Source of the DNA: Candidatus Bruticola sp.
GTDB taxonomy: Bacteria; Vulcanimicrobiota; Xenobia; Xenobiales; Xenobiaceae
DNA length: 64,000 bases
Direction of reading: 5' to 3'
Assembly: GCA_051874695.1 (NCBI GenBank)
Contig: JBJEGC010000022.1
Span: 5,895 to 69,894 of the forward strand
A program made the translations under genes and the position numbers. Below the pieces are notes generated by a model. That model worked only from the letters and a program-made list of their open reading frames with translations, was not told the DNA's origin and did not search any database. Below are positions 26,879 through 36,103 of this stretch, piece by piece. Position 1 is the stretch's first letter, and the number at the start of each line of letters is the position of its first letter.

Positions 26879-28867
26879 ATGCTCTTGTCCAAGCGTAGAA
26901 GCATTCAGCTTCTGTTTGCATGCCTGATGGCCGTGGGACTATTTTTGTCTTCGTCCATGGCAGTGACAGCTCAAGGCAATGCTGCAACTATTAACGGCGT
27001 CAATTACAGCCTAGATAATTCCAAAGGTCTTATCAAGGTAGTAGCTGATACCACTGCACCAGTTCAGTATAAACAGTTGAAGTCTGACAACGCCATATGC
27101 GTTGAAATTTCTCCCGCTGTTGTCGGTAAAAATGTAAAACGCAGCCAGAATATTAATACTGGTTTGCTTCAGAGTATCGTTGTCGCTCAGACTTCTGCTA
27201 ACGTAGTATTAGTTCGCATGAATGTCAGCGGCACTCCCAAGACCAGCTATTGCACCGCTTTGGCGGAGAATAAGGGCGTCTCTGTCGCTTTCTCCAAAAA
27301 CGAAGTTGCTAGTGCGAAAGTAGCGAAAGCACCAGCTGCTGATACTGTAGCTAAAGCCGGAAGCAATGTAGCTCCTCGTAAAGTCGCTGCGCCCGCTAAG
27401 AAGGCCGCTGCTGCTAAGAAGGTTGCTCGCAAGCCCGTTGCCAACAGAGTCAAAGTTGTCAATATGGAATTTGTCAACGCTGACCTCGTTTACATCGTAA
27501 AGTTCCTTGCTAAGGAAATGGGACGTAACGTCTACGTCGGTCCCGATGTACAGGGCTCTGTTACCGTAACTTTGAAGAATGTTCAGCCCGAAGGTGCTTT
27601 GGCTTTGGTTCTGAAAATGCAGGAAACTCCTTATGACTACAAGATCGTTGACAACACCGTAATTGTAGCCACTTCCGAGAAGCTGCAGACCATTGCTGAC
27701 AACATTCTTACTCCCAAAACCAAGTCCAGCTCCGTCAGGAAGAACCTCTCCGAGCAGGAATTCGTTCTTGAAGCTGCTCCCGCCGCTAACATTATTGAGT
27801 TCTTGAAGGGTCAGTACCCCGACGTAGTTTTCACTCCCCATCCCACTATTAACGGTTTCTATGCTAAGGGCACTCAGCAGGAACTCAGAGAGATCAAGAG
27901 CAAGCTCCCTAACCTCGATCAGGTTCCCGCTCCTCCGCCAGCTCCTCGCCGTGAGTACATCACCGTCAACTATGGTAAGGCTGAAGAAATTCAGACCCTC
28001 ATCAAAACCTTGGTTCCTGATATTACTCTTAACTTAGACAAGCGCATGGGCATCCTCGTTGTTGAGGGTACTGATGAGCAGATCGAACAAGTTCAGGAAG
28101 TGTTGGCTAATATTGACAGACCCTTAAAGCAAGTCATGTTAGACTTCAAGGTCGTTGAGCTCAACGAAACCGGTTCTAAGAACTTAGGTGTACAGTGGAG
28201 TGATGACGCCGGTGCTATGGGTGTATTCAACACTACCTTCGCTGAAATCGTTCCTTCCTTATTCTACGGTGCCGATCGTCACATGATCACCAACGAAGAG
28301 TTCGACCTTGGTGAAGACACCAGCGATTTGACCGCTTTCAACCTCGGTACTTTCGGCCGTTCCCCTCTCTTAATTAAAGCTTCTCTCTCCTTCGTGGTAG
28401 AGAACAGCGATTCCAAAACCTTAGCTTCTCCTCGCATTGCTACTCAGAGCGGTGAGAAAGCCGAAGTTTATGTGGGTCAGAGATATCCTATCGTATTCTA
28501 CGATCCTCGTGCCGGTCAGTTCCAGGTTCAGTATGTTGATATCGGTACTAAGTTGGAAGCTACCCCTGAAGTCAAGGATGACGGCCACGTAGTGGTTGAG
28601 CTCACTCCTACCACTTCCAGCGCTGGTAACTTGGTAAACAACCAGTATCCTATTACTTACGAGCGCACTGCTAAGTCCAAAGTCCGCGTCAAAGACGGTG
28701 ACACCATCGTTCTGGGCGGTCTGATCAGTGACAGTGAGAAACACTCTGTCTCCAAGCTCCCTCTCTTAGGCGACCTTCCCGTCATCGGTGCTTTGTTCCG
28801 CTACGAGAGCCACAGCTCAGACAGAAGCGAAGTCGTATTCATGGTCACTCCTCATATCATGGACTAA
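26879..28867 (+). CDS. pilQ: type IV pilus secretin PilQ
   Basis: Signal peptide, N-domains, and a C-terminal secretin domain (...IVLGGLISDSEKHSVSKLPLLGDLPVIGALFRYESHSSDRSEVVFMVTPHIM). AGGAGG lies upstream. Confidence 0.85.
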   Translation: MLLSKRRSIQLLFACLMAVGLFLSSSMAVTAQGNAATINGVNYSLDNSKGLIKVVADTTAPVQYKQLKSDNAICVEISPAVVGKNVKRSQNINTGLLQSIVVAQTSANVVLVRMNVSGTPKTSYCTALAENKGVSVAFSKNEVASAKVAKAPAADTVAKAGSNVAPRKVAAPAKKAAAAKKVARKPVANRVKVVNMEFVNADLVYIVKFLAKEMGRNVYVGPDVQGSVTVTLKNVQPEGALALVLKMQETPYDYKIVDNTVIVATSEKLQTIADNILTPKTKSSSVRKNLSEQEFVLEAAPAANIIEFLKGQYPDVVFTPHPTINGFYAKGTQQELREIKSKLPNLDQVPAPPPAPRREYITVNYGKAEEIQTLIKTLVPDITLNLDKRMGILVVEGTDEQIEQVQEVLANIDRPLKQVMLDFKVVELNETGSKNLGVQWSDDAGAMGVFNTTFAEIVPSLFYGADRHMITNEEFDLGEDTSDLTAFNLGTFGRSPLLIKASLSFVVENSDSKTLASPRIATQSGEKAEVYVGQRYPIVFYDPRAGQFQVQYVDIGTKLEATPEVKDDGHVVVELTPTTSSAGNLVNNQYPITYERTAKSKVRVKDGDTIVLGGLISDSEKHSVSKLPLLGDLPVIGALFRYESHSSDRSEVVFMVTPHIMD

Positions 28868-28900
28868 TGGCTTGAGCTAATCTCCATAGTGAGACAAAAG

Positions 28901-28937
28901 TAGGCAGTTGGTATAAAACCAGCTGCCTATTTTTATT
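28901..28937 (+). terminator. rho-independent terminator after pilQ
   Basis: AGGCAGTTGG-TATAAAA-CCAGCTGCCT (one G-U pair) followed by ATTTTTATT. Confidence 0.5.
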
Positions 28938-29393
28938 GGTGGAAAAAAAGTCATTTTTATACGGTGGTGAGGAAACAGTATACTGCATATACTGAGTGTT
29001 TTATGCAGGAACTAATTAAGTACAGTACGAACTTTTAGCCCTCTTTAGTCTCCTTGGATCGCAAGATGTCGCAACAGAATCTCTCCTATGTTTCAACTTT
29101 TGCGATTTACCAAGGCAAAGAAGAGCAGCCGCAAGGTGCAGGTTATTGTTTACTGTTTTTTTTGTGGCTGAGGAGGGGGCGTCTCTAATTCGCGCAGGGC
29201 GCCGTCGACCGTCCTGCAGTGCAGCTCATCCTGCTGGCGGTTGTACCCGTGCAGGTGTGCGATCCGGGGAATGCTGAGAACCTGACTGCGCAATGCTGCA
29301 GCTTGGCTGTTTCCCCTGCGGAGCAGTCAATTTAGACAAGATTGAACTGAACGGATTAGTAGAAGATGGCTGACAAGTCGTTGAGAAGGTGGT

Positions 29394-32300
29394 GTGACTT
29401 ACGTGGCTGATACCATTGAAGGGTTGATGCAGGAGGCCCGAGCGTTCGCTGACAGCAGAAGCTGGGACCAAGCCATAGAGAGTTATTCCAGAGTAATAGA
29501 TCTGGATGCTGATAATGATGAGGCTTGCCGAAGCTTGGCTAATATCTACGCTTTGCGTGGAATGTTTAAGTCGGTAATAAGTACCTATCTGCGGTTGATG
29601 CACATCTATGTTGCGCGCAGTGACATGGATAATGCGATGGCTGTGGCTAACTATGTGCTCCTTTTAGAACCGGCGTCCATTGATGTCCGCTCTGAGCTCA
29701 TAAATATGTATCGCTATCGCGGGGATACAGCTGAGGTTGTGTCGCGCTCGCTCGATTTAGCTCGCCTTTATACCGAGTTAGACGAGGGGGATCGCTCTAT
29801 TGAACTTCTTCAGGCCGTCTTAAACGACGATCCGAATAATGCTGACATCTGCCGCGAACTGGCCGAAATGTATATTCAGTACGGTCAAGTAGAGCGCGGT
29901 GCCAGCCAGTATCATCAAGTCGCTGATTTGTATCAGGCGAACGGTCAGCTTGACAAAGCTTGCGATGCTCTAGAGCGAATTCTGGTTGTAAACAGCGGCG
30001 ATTCCGGCGCAGTATTCCATCTGGGAGAACTTTATTCCATGATGGAACGCTGGGAAGATGCCGAAAGGCAGTTCCGCAGCGCTCTTAAATTTGACTTTGA
30101 AAATCTCGATGTCATGTTCGCTTTGGGCAATGTTTGTCAGCGCAAAGGAGACTTGGACCAAGCCAGTTTAGCATATCGTAAGATAGTCATGATTGCTCCC
30201 GACTATGTCTTGGCTCAAGAACGCCTCGGCGAAATTTACCATATGCAGAACAACATAGAGCTGGCCATTAAGGCTTACCTTACGGCTGGTGGTCTCTATG
30301 TACGCAGTAACGACTCTGAACACGCCATAGCGCTTTATCAGCGCGTCATTTTCCTCGATCCCAATAATCCTGCTGCTACCCGTGAACTTACCAACTTGGG
30401 AGCTCCTGTCGTCGGTAACGATGGTGGTATTCAGCCTCTCGTTAAAAATAAGGCTGCAACCAAGTCTTCCCGATCTGAGTCACGCCGCGAGAAGAAAGAT
30501 GGAGAGCGTAAAACTCGCAGCGGTTTGCTTCCTAAGGGAGGCGGTGGTGTGCGCTCTGGTCTGGTTGCCAAAGGTGGCGGCTCCAAGCCTGGTTTAGGCG
30601 GAAAGCCCGTACTTGGTGGCGATGGTGAGGCTGAAGGTGCGCCGCGTCCGGGCTTAATGCGCGCAGGCTTGAAAGCTTCCGGAGGAGGTAAGCCCTCTTT
30701 AGGAGGCAAGCCTATGCTCGGTGGCAAGCGCGTTTTGGGTAGTCGTAAGAAGAAGGCTGAAGAGGCTAAAGAAGAGGCTCCTGTTGAGCATACTGCTATT
30801 AGCTTGGCTAAAGAGCCTGAAAACGATCAGAGTGCTGCTGTAGAAAATGTTGCCGCGAATGATGGTGAAGTTCAGGCCGCCGAAGTTGTAGCTGTAGAGT
30901 CCGGCGTAGATGAAGTAATGCCTACGCCAGAGCATGTTGAATCTTCAGAGTCACAGCCAGAAGTAGGAACCGTAGCTGAGGCCGTTCCAGAAGTAGGAGC
31001 AGCTATACCTGAGTCTGCGGGTGATATTCATTCCGAAATGACTCCGGAGCATAACCCGGAAGCTTTTTCCGCTTCCGAACATCAGGTTCCGCTCGAAGAT
31101 AACATTTACGCCGATGGAAACCAGCAGTATGTCGGGGAAGATCAACAATTCGGCGGTGATATGCAGCAATATGCTGGTGAAGCCCATCAGTTCGGCGGTG
31201 ATATGCAGCAGTATGCCGGTGAGGCTCAGCAGTTCGGCAATGATATGCAGCAATATGCCGGTGAAGTTCAGCAGTTCGGCAGTGATATGCAGCAGTATGC
31301 TGATGATTCTCAACAGTTCGGTGGTGACATGCAGCAGTATGTCGGCGCGGAGCAAGGCCAGGGTCATGAGTATTATCAGGAACCTTATGCTGCCCAAACT
31401 GGAGAATTCTACGGAGAGCATGCCGATGGAACCGGCCATTTTGAGCAGCCTACCGAATCTCACGAAGCTTATTACCAGCAGGAAGGAACTGCGGCTGAAT
31501 ACGGAGAGCAGCACCAGTACGAAGATGCTGCTTACGGTGGGGAAAACTACTCTGATAACGGTTACGGATTCGATATGCACCGTCCGCTTATCATGGTGCC
31601 CGAGGGCGAACTGATTGTACCTGCTCCTATACTTTATTTAGAGCGCACCGATCTGTACGAGGCTATTTGCCAGGCAATCACCGAGGTGCCGGATCCTTCG
31701 GTTATTCCGTGGGAACCTCTGCGTGTTATCGATGAAGCTGCTATAGAAGAGAAGCTGGCTCAACAGAGTGCTGAAGCTGCCAGAGCCGCGGCCGAGGCTG
31801 AGGAAGCTGCCAGAGCTGAGGCTGAGAAAGAACAGGCCGCTTCTAGTTCAGTGGAAGGTTTCGACTTCAGCGGTGGCGTTAACCTCAAAGGGGTTTCCGG
31901 GACTGGACTTCGCCGCAAATATTCTAAAGGTGAGTCTAAAGGCAGCTCGTCTTCAGGACGTTCCCGTCTTAGCGGCAATCAATCGCTTTCAGAGCGTGTG
32001 GCCCGCATGCGTGCGGAGAGCGCTGAACTTGAAGAAAGCGCTTCCGAGCATCGCGCCATTAGTGGTATCAACCGTCATCATCAAGATAAGTCTCAGAAGA
32101 AGGAGAAAGGCCGCTCGATTGTTGGCGGTATCTCCAGACCTATTAACCAAGTTATTGAAGAAGCCAACCAAGCCAACCAAGCCAATGGCACTGCTCCTCA
32201 AACTTATGCCGATCAAGCTCCTGAGATTCCTCGTCCCGAACTCACAGCCACGCGTTCTCGCAGCAGTTTGAGTGAACGTATTAAGAGGGCCAGACAATCG

Positions 32301-35300
32301 AAGGCTGCGGCTAAAGTTCAGGCTGAAGAGGTCAACGCGGAGCTTTCTGCTCAGTCTGTAGAACAGCCTGTTGCTGAATTCGACGGCAATGCTTATCAGG
32401 CTGAGTCTCAAGAAGCGGTCAACACTTCAGCGGCCTCAGCAGAATATGGTGCACCTACTGCTCCGGATGGGCAGTTAAGCGGGGAATATGAAGCTTATCA
32501 AGCTGCCGAGCAGGCGGCAAGTGACCCGTCTGCTTCCGAGCTTGGTCTTGCTCAGGTTGCTGTCGGCGCTGTAGCCATTGGAGCTGTCGCTGCTGCTAGT
32601 TCGGCTGTAGCCGACAATCTCGACGATCTCACTCAGGGCGAATATCCAATTGAATCTGGTGCTGAAGCAGAGCAGCTTGGCGGTCAGTACGGTGCCTATC
32701 CTGAAGCGGAACAGGCTAACGAAGGAGAGCAGCTTGGCGGTCAGTACGGTGCCTATCCCGAGGCTGGGCAGGCTGCCGAAGGAGAGCAGCTTGGCGGTCA
32801 GTACGGTGCCTATCCTGAGGCTGAACATGCTGCCGAAGCAGAGCAGCTTGGCGGTCAGTACGGTGCCTATCCCGAAGCTGAACATGCTGCCGAAGCAGAT
32901 ACTTCCGGCGTTGGTTTAGCCAAAGTTGCCGTAGGTGCTGTGGCCATAGGTGCTGTGGCTGCTGCCAGTTCTACCGTTGCTGACAATTTCAGTGGTGCTG
33001 AATTATATGCCGACACTGCGGCTGAGGAGCTGCTTGGAGAGCAGTATGGCGGGGGTGAAAACGTCGAAGCCGAGCCTGCTGCTGTCGTTGAAGAAGAACA
33101 GTTGGGCGCTCATTATAGCGCTTATCCCGAAGCTGAACCTGCTGCCGAAGCAGATACTTCCGGCGTTGGTTTAGCTAAAGTTGCTGTTGGTGCTGTGGCT
33201 ATAGGTGCTGTAGCTGCGGCTAGTTCTACTGTGGCAGACAATTTCAGTGATGCTGAGTTGTACACTGAGGCTGTGTCTGAGGAGCAGTTTAGCGGTCAGT
33301 ACGAGGCTGAGCCCGTTGAAGCTGAACCTGCAGCCGCTGAAGCTGAACAATTAGATGGAGATTACGGAAACTACGCAGATGCAGTTGAGCAGGCTGTTAA
33401 TTCTGGCGTAGGCTTAGCCAAAGTTGCCGTAGGTGCTGTGGCTATAGGTGCTGTGGCTGCTGCCAGTTCTGCTGTGGCTGATAATTTTGGCGATTTAGAG
33501 CAGTATGCATCCTATCCCGATGCAGATGGTGCTCCTGTGAGTGAACCTGTCGCTCAGATAGAAGATCGTCAATTGAATAAGGCAAATGCGAATCCGTCAA
33601 GAGACGTGGCAGAGGAAGTTCAGTCGGTGGAGACTCCTGTCGCCGTTGCCGATGAACTTGATACTTCTTCTAACGATGACAATGCTCAGGTGGTAGAGCT
33701 CGATGAAGCTGGAGCTTCAATGATTGAATTCGTTGAAGTTGACGACGATCGAACCGATGTTCCTGAGATAGTACTTAACGAGCCCGATGAAGTTGCTACT
33801 CCTACTAAGGTTAAAGTTCCCGTTCGCATAAAACGTAGAAAACGCCGCAGCGCTCCTGTTATCGAGCAAATCGAAGAAGTAGAAGAAATTGAGGCTGATC
33901 TCCCTCAAGGAGACGCTGGTTCGGATGCCTCTTCCGGCGTAGGGTTGGCTAAAGTTGCCGTCGGTGCCGTAGCTATAGGTGCTGTGGCTGCTGCCAGTTC
34001 AATGGTCGCGGATAACTTTGCTGCGAATGCTTCCGAACTTTACCAACAGGATGCTCAGTCTGAGTTTATTGAAGCTGAGAATATTCATGAAGAAAGTGCT
34101 GTAGCTGAAGCTGAACCTGAAGAGGTGCAGCCAGAGCCGGAACCTGAGCCGGTTGGCGATGAGCTTTGCTCGCTTTCTGTAGAATCTGAACTGCCTCCGG
34201 AATACTTAAAGGAAGCTCAGCGTCTGCGTGACAAGTTGGTGGGAGCCGATGTTACTACAGCTATAGGTGATTACCGTCGGGCTATTGAGAATTCTCCCGA
34301 AAACTTAGTGCTGCGTACCGATTTGGCTGATGTTCATTTGCGGTTCAGCTTAATGGATGACGCTATTAATCAGTATCGTCAAATTCTGCGCCGTAAACCC
34401 GACTCTGTGGCTTTGCGCCATCGTTTAGCTTGTGCTCACTTGTGGAACGAAGATTTCGATGAAGCTATAAAAGTGTATCTCGATTTGGCTGAACTGCATA
34501 CTCAAAACGAACAGTATGCTGATGTAATCGATGTTTTGCAAACTGTTCTCAGCCTCGATCCTCAACACTTTAAGGCTCGTCGTCTCCTTATTGATCGCTT
34601 TATCGCTCAGGGTAAAGTCGATTTAGCCACTCATCATCTGCGTCAGTTCGTGGATGCTGCTCTCTCTTTAGGTAGCGTAGATAATGCCATCTTCGCCCTT
34701 AAGCAACTTATAGAACTCTCTGATGATCCTGCTTTCGTAGAGCGTCTGGCTAAAGTTTACGAAGAACATGACAATGTCAGTGAAGCCATCTCCTACTATC
34801 AAATTCTTTCTGAACGCTACAGAAAGGAAGAAAAGTGGAGTGAAGCTTTGGCCGTCTGCAGCAAGTTGGTTGCTTTAGAGCCGGACAATTTTGACGAGCG
34901 CCGCCTGCTGATCAGTCTGTATCAGAATCTGGGCCGTTACGATAAGGCAATGGCTGAACAGTTCCATCTGGCCGGACTTTACAAAGAGCAGAACTCCATG
35001 GATGAGGCTGCTGAACTTTACCAGTCGATTGTAGACAAAGATCCTGGTCACTATGCCGCTCGTCGCTGCTTGGTTGACTGCTACCTGAGTAAGGGCAACC
35101 TGCAGGCTGCTATGATGCAAGTTGCTCCTTTAACCGAGCGTTACAGATCTGAGCGTCTCTTCGAGCAGGCTATTGAAATGTATAGAAGCTTGGTCGAGGC
35201 CGATCCGAGTTCTGTAGATTTGCGTGAAGAGTTGCTGGCCTTCTATACCATGGGAGAACAGCGCGAGAATATGCTCAGTGAGCTGCTCACTCTTAACGAA

Positions 35301-36065
35301 ATTCATGAAAACAAAGGCGAGTACAGAGATTCGGTTCGTTACTTGCGCCGCGCTATCGAGTTGGCGCCGGATCGTGCCGATCTGCACTGCCGTCTGGCTA
35401 AGCTTTATGATGAGCAGTTGCAAAGCATCAGTGGAGCTATGCAGGAATACAGAAAAGTATTCGAGCTCAATCCAGGTGATGCGGAAGCTATGAGCCGCTA
35501 CGCTCAGCTTTTGGTATCCCAGCGCAAGCCCAAAGAAGCTGCAGCCGTCCTGCTTAAATTGCAATCAATTAATAAAGAAGTTGGTAAGCAGGCCATCAAC
35601 ACCATCTGCAAGTCCTTCTTGGACAAGATCGCTCAAGACGGTGCTGATTTAGCTACCAGATATAGCTATGGAGAGCTGTGTTACTACCTCAACCGCATTA
35701 GCGATGCTATCGAGCAGTTCCAGAAGACTCATGCCGACAGAGACTTAGAGCTGCGCTCCCGCAACATGTTAGGTTTGTCCTTTATAAAGATGCCTCGTAT
35801 GCGTGAAATGGCTATCCGTCAGTTCCGCTTAGGTCTTGATACTAAAGGACATGCGGAGCAAGATTACCTCGAGCTGCGCTATAACTTGGCTATGTTGTTC
35901 TACCAGACCGACCGCCTCCAAGAGGCTCTGACCGAATTCAAGAGCATTTTGGCCTTTGACATTACTTACCGCGATGTCGAAGCCAGAGTTAAAGATTTGC
36001 AGGCTAAGATCGCTGCCGGCGGAGGCGCTTCTAAAGGCAGAGGCGTTCCTCCCCGCCGCAAATAG
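29394..36065 (+). CDS. giant (2223 aa) TPR protein with repetitive disordered centre and five repeated hydrophobic segments
   Basis: Single uninterrupted ORF. TPR-like units occupy the N-terminal ~330 aa and the C-terminal ~600 aa. The centre is Gly/Lys-rich, then Gln-rich 14-aa repeats, then acidic EQLGGQYGAYPEA repeats. It holds five copies of GVGLAKVAVGAVAIGAVAAASSxVADNF. Confidence 0.7.
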   Translation: MTYVADTIEGLMQEARAFADSRSWDQAIESYSRVIDLDADNDEACRSLANIYALRGMFKSVISTYLRLMHIYVARSDMDNAMAVANYVLLLEPASIDVRSELINMYRYRGDTAEVVSRSLDLARLYTELDEGDRSIELLQAVLNDDPNNADICRELAEMYIQYGQVERGASQYHQVADLYQANGQLDKACDALERILVVNSGDSGAVFHLGELYSMMERWEDAERQFRSALKFDFENLDVMFALGNVCQRKGDLDQASLAYRKIVMIAPDYVLAQERLGEIYHMQNNIELAIKAYLTAGGLYVRSNDSEHAIALYQRVIFLDPNNPAATRELTNLGAPVVGNDGGIQPLVKNKAATKSSRSESRREKKDGERKTRSGLLPKGGGGVRSGLVAKGGGSKPGLGGKPVLGGDGEAEGAPRPGLMRAGLKASGGGKPSLGGKPMLGGKRVLGSRKKKAEEAKEEAPVEHTAISLAKEPENDQSAAVENVAANDGEVQAAEVVAVESGVDEVMPTPEHVESSESQPEVGTVAEAVPEVGAAIPESAGDIHSEMTPEHNPEAFSASEHQVPLEDNIYADGNQQYVGEDQQFGGDMQQYAGEAHQFGGDMQQYAGEAQQFGNDMQQYAGEVQQFGSDMQQYADDSQQFGGDMQQYVGAEQGQGHEYYQEPYAAQTGEFYGEHADGTGHFEQPTESHEAYYQQEGTAAEYGEQHQYEDAAYGGENYSDNGYGFDMHRPLIMVPEGELIVPAPILYLERTDLYEAICQAITEVPDPSVIPWEPLRVIDEAAIEEKLAQQSAEAARAAAEAEEAARAEAEKEQAASSSVEGFDFSGGVNLKGVSGTGLRRKYSKGESKGSSSSGRSRLSGNQSLSERVARMRAESAELEESASEHRAISGINRHHQDKSQKKEKGRSIVGGISRPINQVIEEANQANQANGTAPQTYADQAPEIPRPELTATRSRSSLSERIKRARQSKAAAKVQAEEVNAELSAQSVEQPVAEFDGNAYQAESQEAVNTSAASAEYGAPTAPDGQLSGEYEAYQAAEQAASDPSASELGLAQVAVGAVAIGAVAAASSAVADNLDDLTQGEYPIESGAEAEQLGGQYGAYPEAEQANEGEQLGGQYGAYPEAGQAAEGEQLGGQYGAYPEAEHAAEAEQLGGQYGAYPEAEHAAEADTSGVGLAKVAVGAVAIGAVAAASSTVADNFSGAELYADTAAEELLGEQYGGGENVEAEPAAVVEEEQLGAHYSAYPEAEPAAEADTSGVGLAKVAVGAVAIGAVAAASSTVADNFSDAELYTEAVSEEQFSGQYEAEPVEAEPAAAEAEQLDGDYGNYADAVEQAVNSGVGLAKVAVGAVAIGAVAAASSAVADNFGDLEQYASYPDADGAPVSEPVAQIEDRQLNKANANPSRDVAEEVQSVETPVAVADELDTSSNDDNAQVVELDEAGASMIEFVEVDDDRTDVPEIVLNEPDEVATPTKVKVPVRIKRRKRRSAPVIEQIEEVEEIEADLPQGDAGSDASSGVGLAKVAVGAVAIGAVAAASSMVADNFAANASELYQQDAQSEFIEAENIHEESAVAEAEPEEVQPEPEPEPVGDELCSLSVESELPPEYLKEAQRLRDKLVGADVTTAIGDYRRAIENSPENLVLRTDLADVHLRFSLMDDAINQYRQILRRKPDSVALRHRLACAHLWNEDFDEAIKVYLDLAELHTQNEQYADVIDVLQTVLSLDPQHFKARRLLIDRFIAQGKVDLATHHLRQFVDAALSLGSVDNAIFALKQLIELSDDPAFVERLAKVYEEHDNVSEAISYYQILSERYRKEEKWSEALAVCSKLVALEPDNFDERRLLISLYQNLGRYDKAMAEQFHLAGLYKEQNSMDEAAELYQSIVDKDPGHYAARRCLVDCYLSKGNLQAAMMQVAPLTERYRSERLFEQAIEMYRSLVEADPSSVDLREELLAFYTMGEQRENMLSELLTLNEIHENKGEYRDSVRYLRRAIELAPDRADLHCRLAKLYDEQLQSISGAMQEYRKVFELNPGDAEAMSRYAQLLVSQRKPKEAAAVLLKLQSINKEVGKQAINTICKSFLDKIAQDGADLATRYSYGELCYYLNRISDAIEQFQKTHADRDLELRSRNMLGLSFIKMPRMREMAIRQFRLGLDTKGHAEQDYLELRYNLAMLFYQTDRLQEALTEFKSILAFDITYRDVEARVKDLQAKIAAGGGASKGRGVPPRRK
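31130..31350 (+). repeat. in-frame tandem repeat, ~7 x 42 bp (DMQQYAGEAQQFGG)
   Basis: Near-identical 42-bp units are visible in the sequence. Confidence 0.8.
32541..34020 (+). repeat. five dispersed copies of an ~80-bp unit encoding the hydrophobic segment GVGLAKVAVGAVAIGAVAAASS(A/T/M)VADNF
   Basis: Copies start near 32541, 32907, 33163, 33406 and 33936. The peptide is conserved, while the DNA differs at many synonymous positions. Confidence 0.8.
32665..32885 (+). repeat. in-frame tandem repeat, 4 x 60 bp (EQLGGQYGAYPEAEQAxEG)
   Basis: Almost identical 60-bp DNA units. Confidence 0.8.
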
Positions 36066-36103
36066 TGGAACTCTTAAGCGCCTTTATTGGAATCGGAGAA
36101 AAA

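Noticed and set aside
27209-27841. 210-aa minus-strand ORF overlapping pilQ
   Set aside because: Fully embedded antisense to the secretin gene, with no motifs or RBS.
30431-30727. 98-aa Pro-rich minus-strand ORF inside the giant gene
   Set aside because: Antisense of the Gly/Lys-rich low-complexity segment, and most likely spurious.
31114-31614. 166-aa plus-strand alternative-frame ORF (Cys/Ser-rich) inside the giant TPR gene
   Set aside because: It lies in a different frame, entirely within the Gln-rich tandem repeat region. This is repeat-induced frame openness, with no RBS.
32541-34020. CRISPR-like appearance of regularly recurring ~80-bp units
   Set aside because: The units are in-frame coding repeats inside one long ORF with irregular spacing (250-530 bp) and synonymous divergence. 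No cas genes or leader are present.
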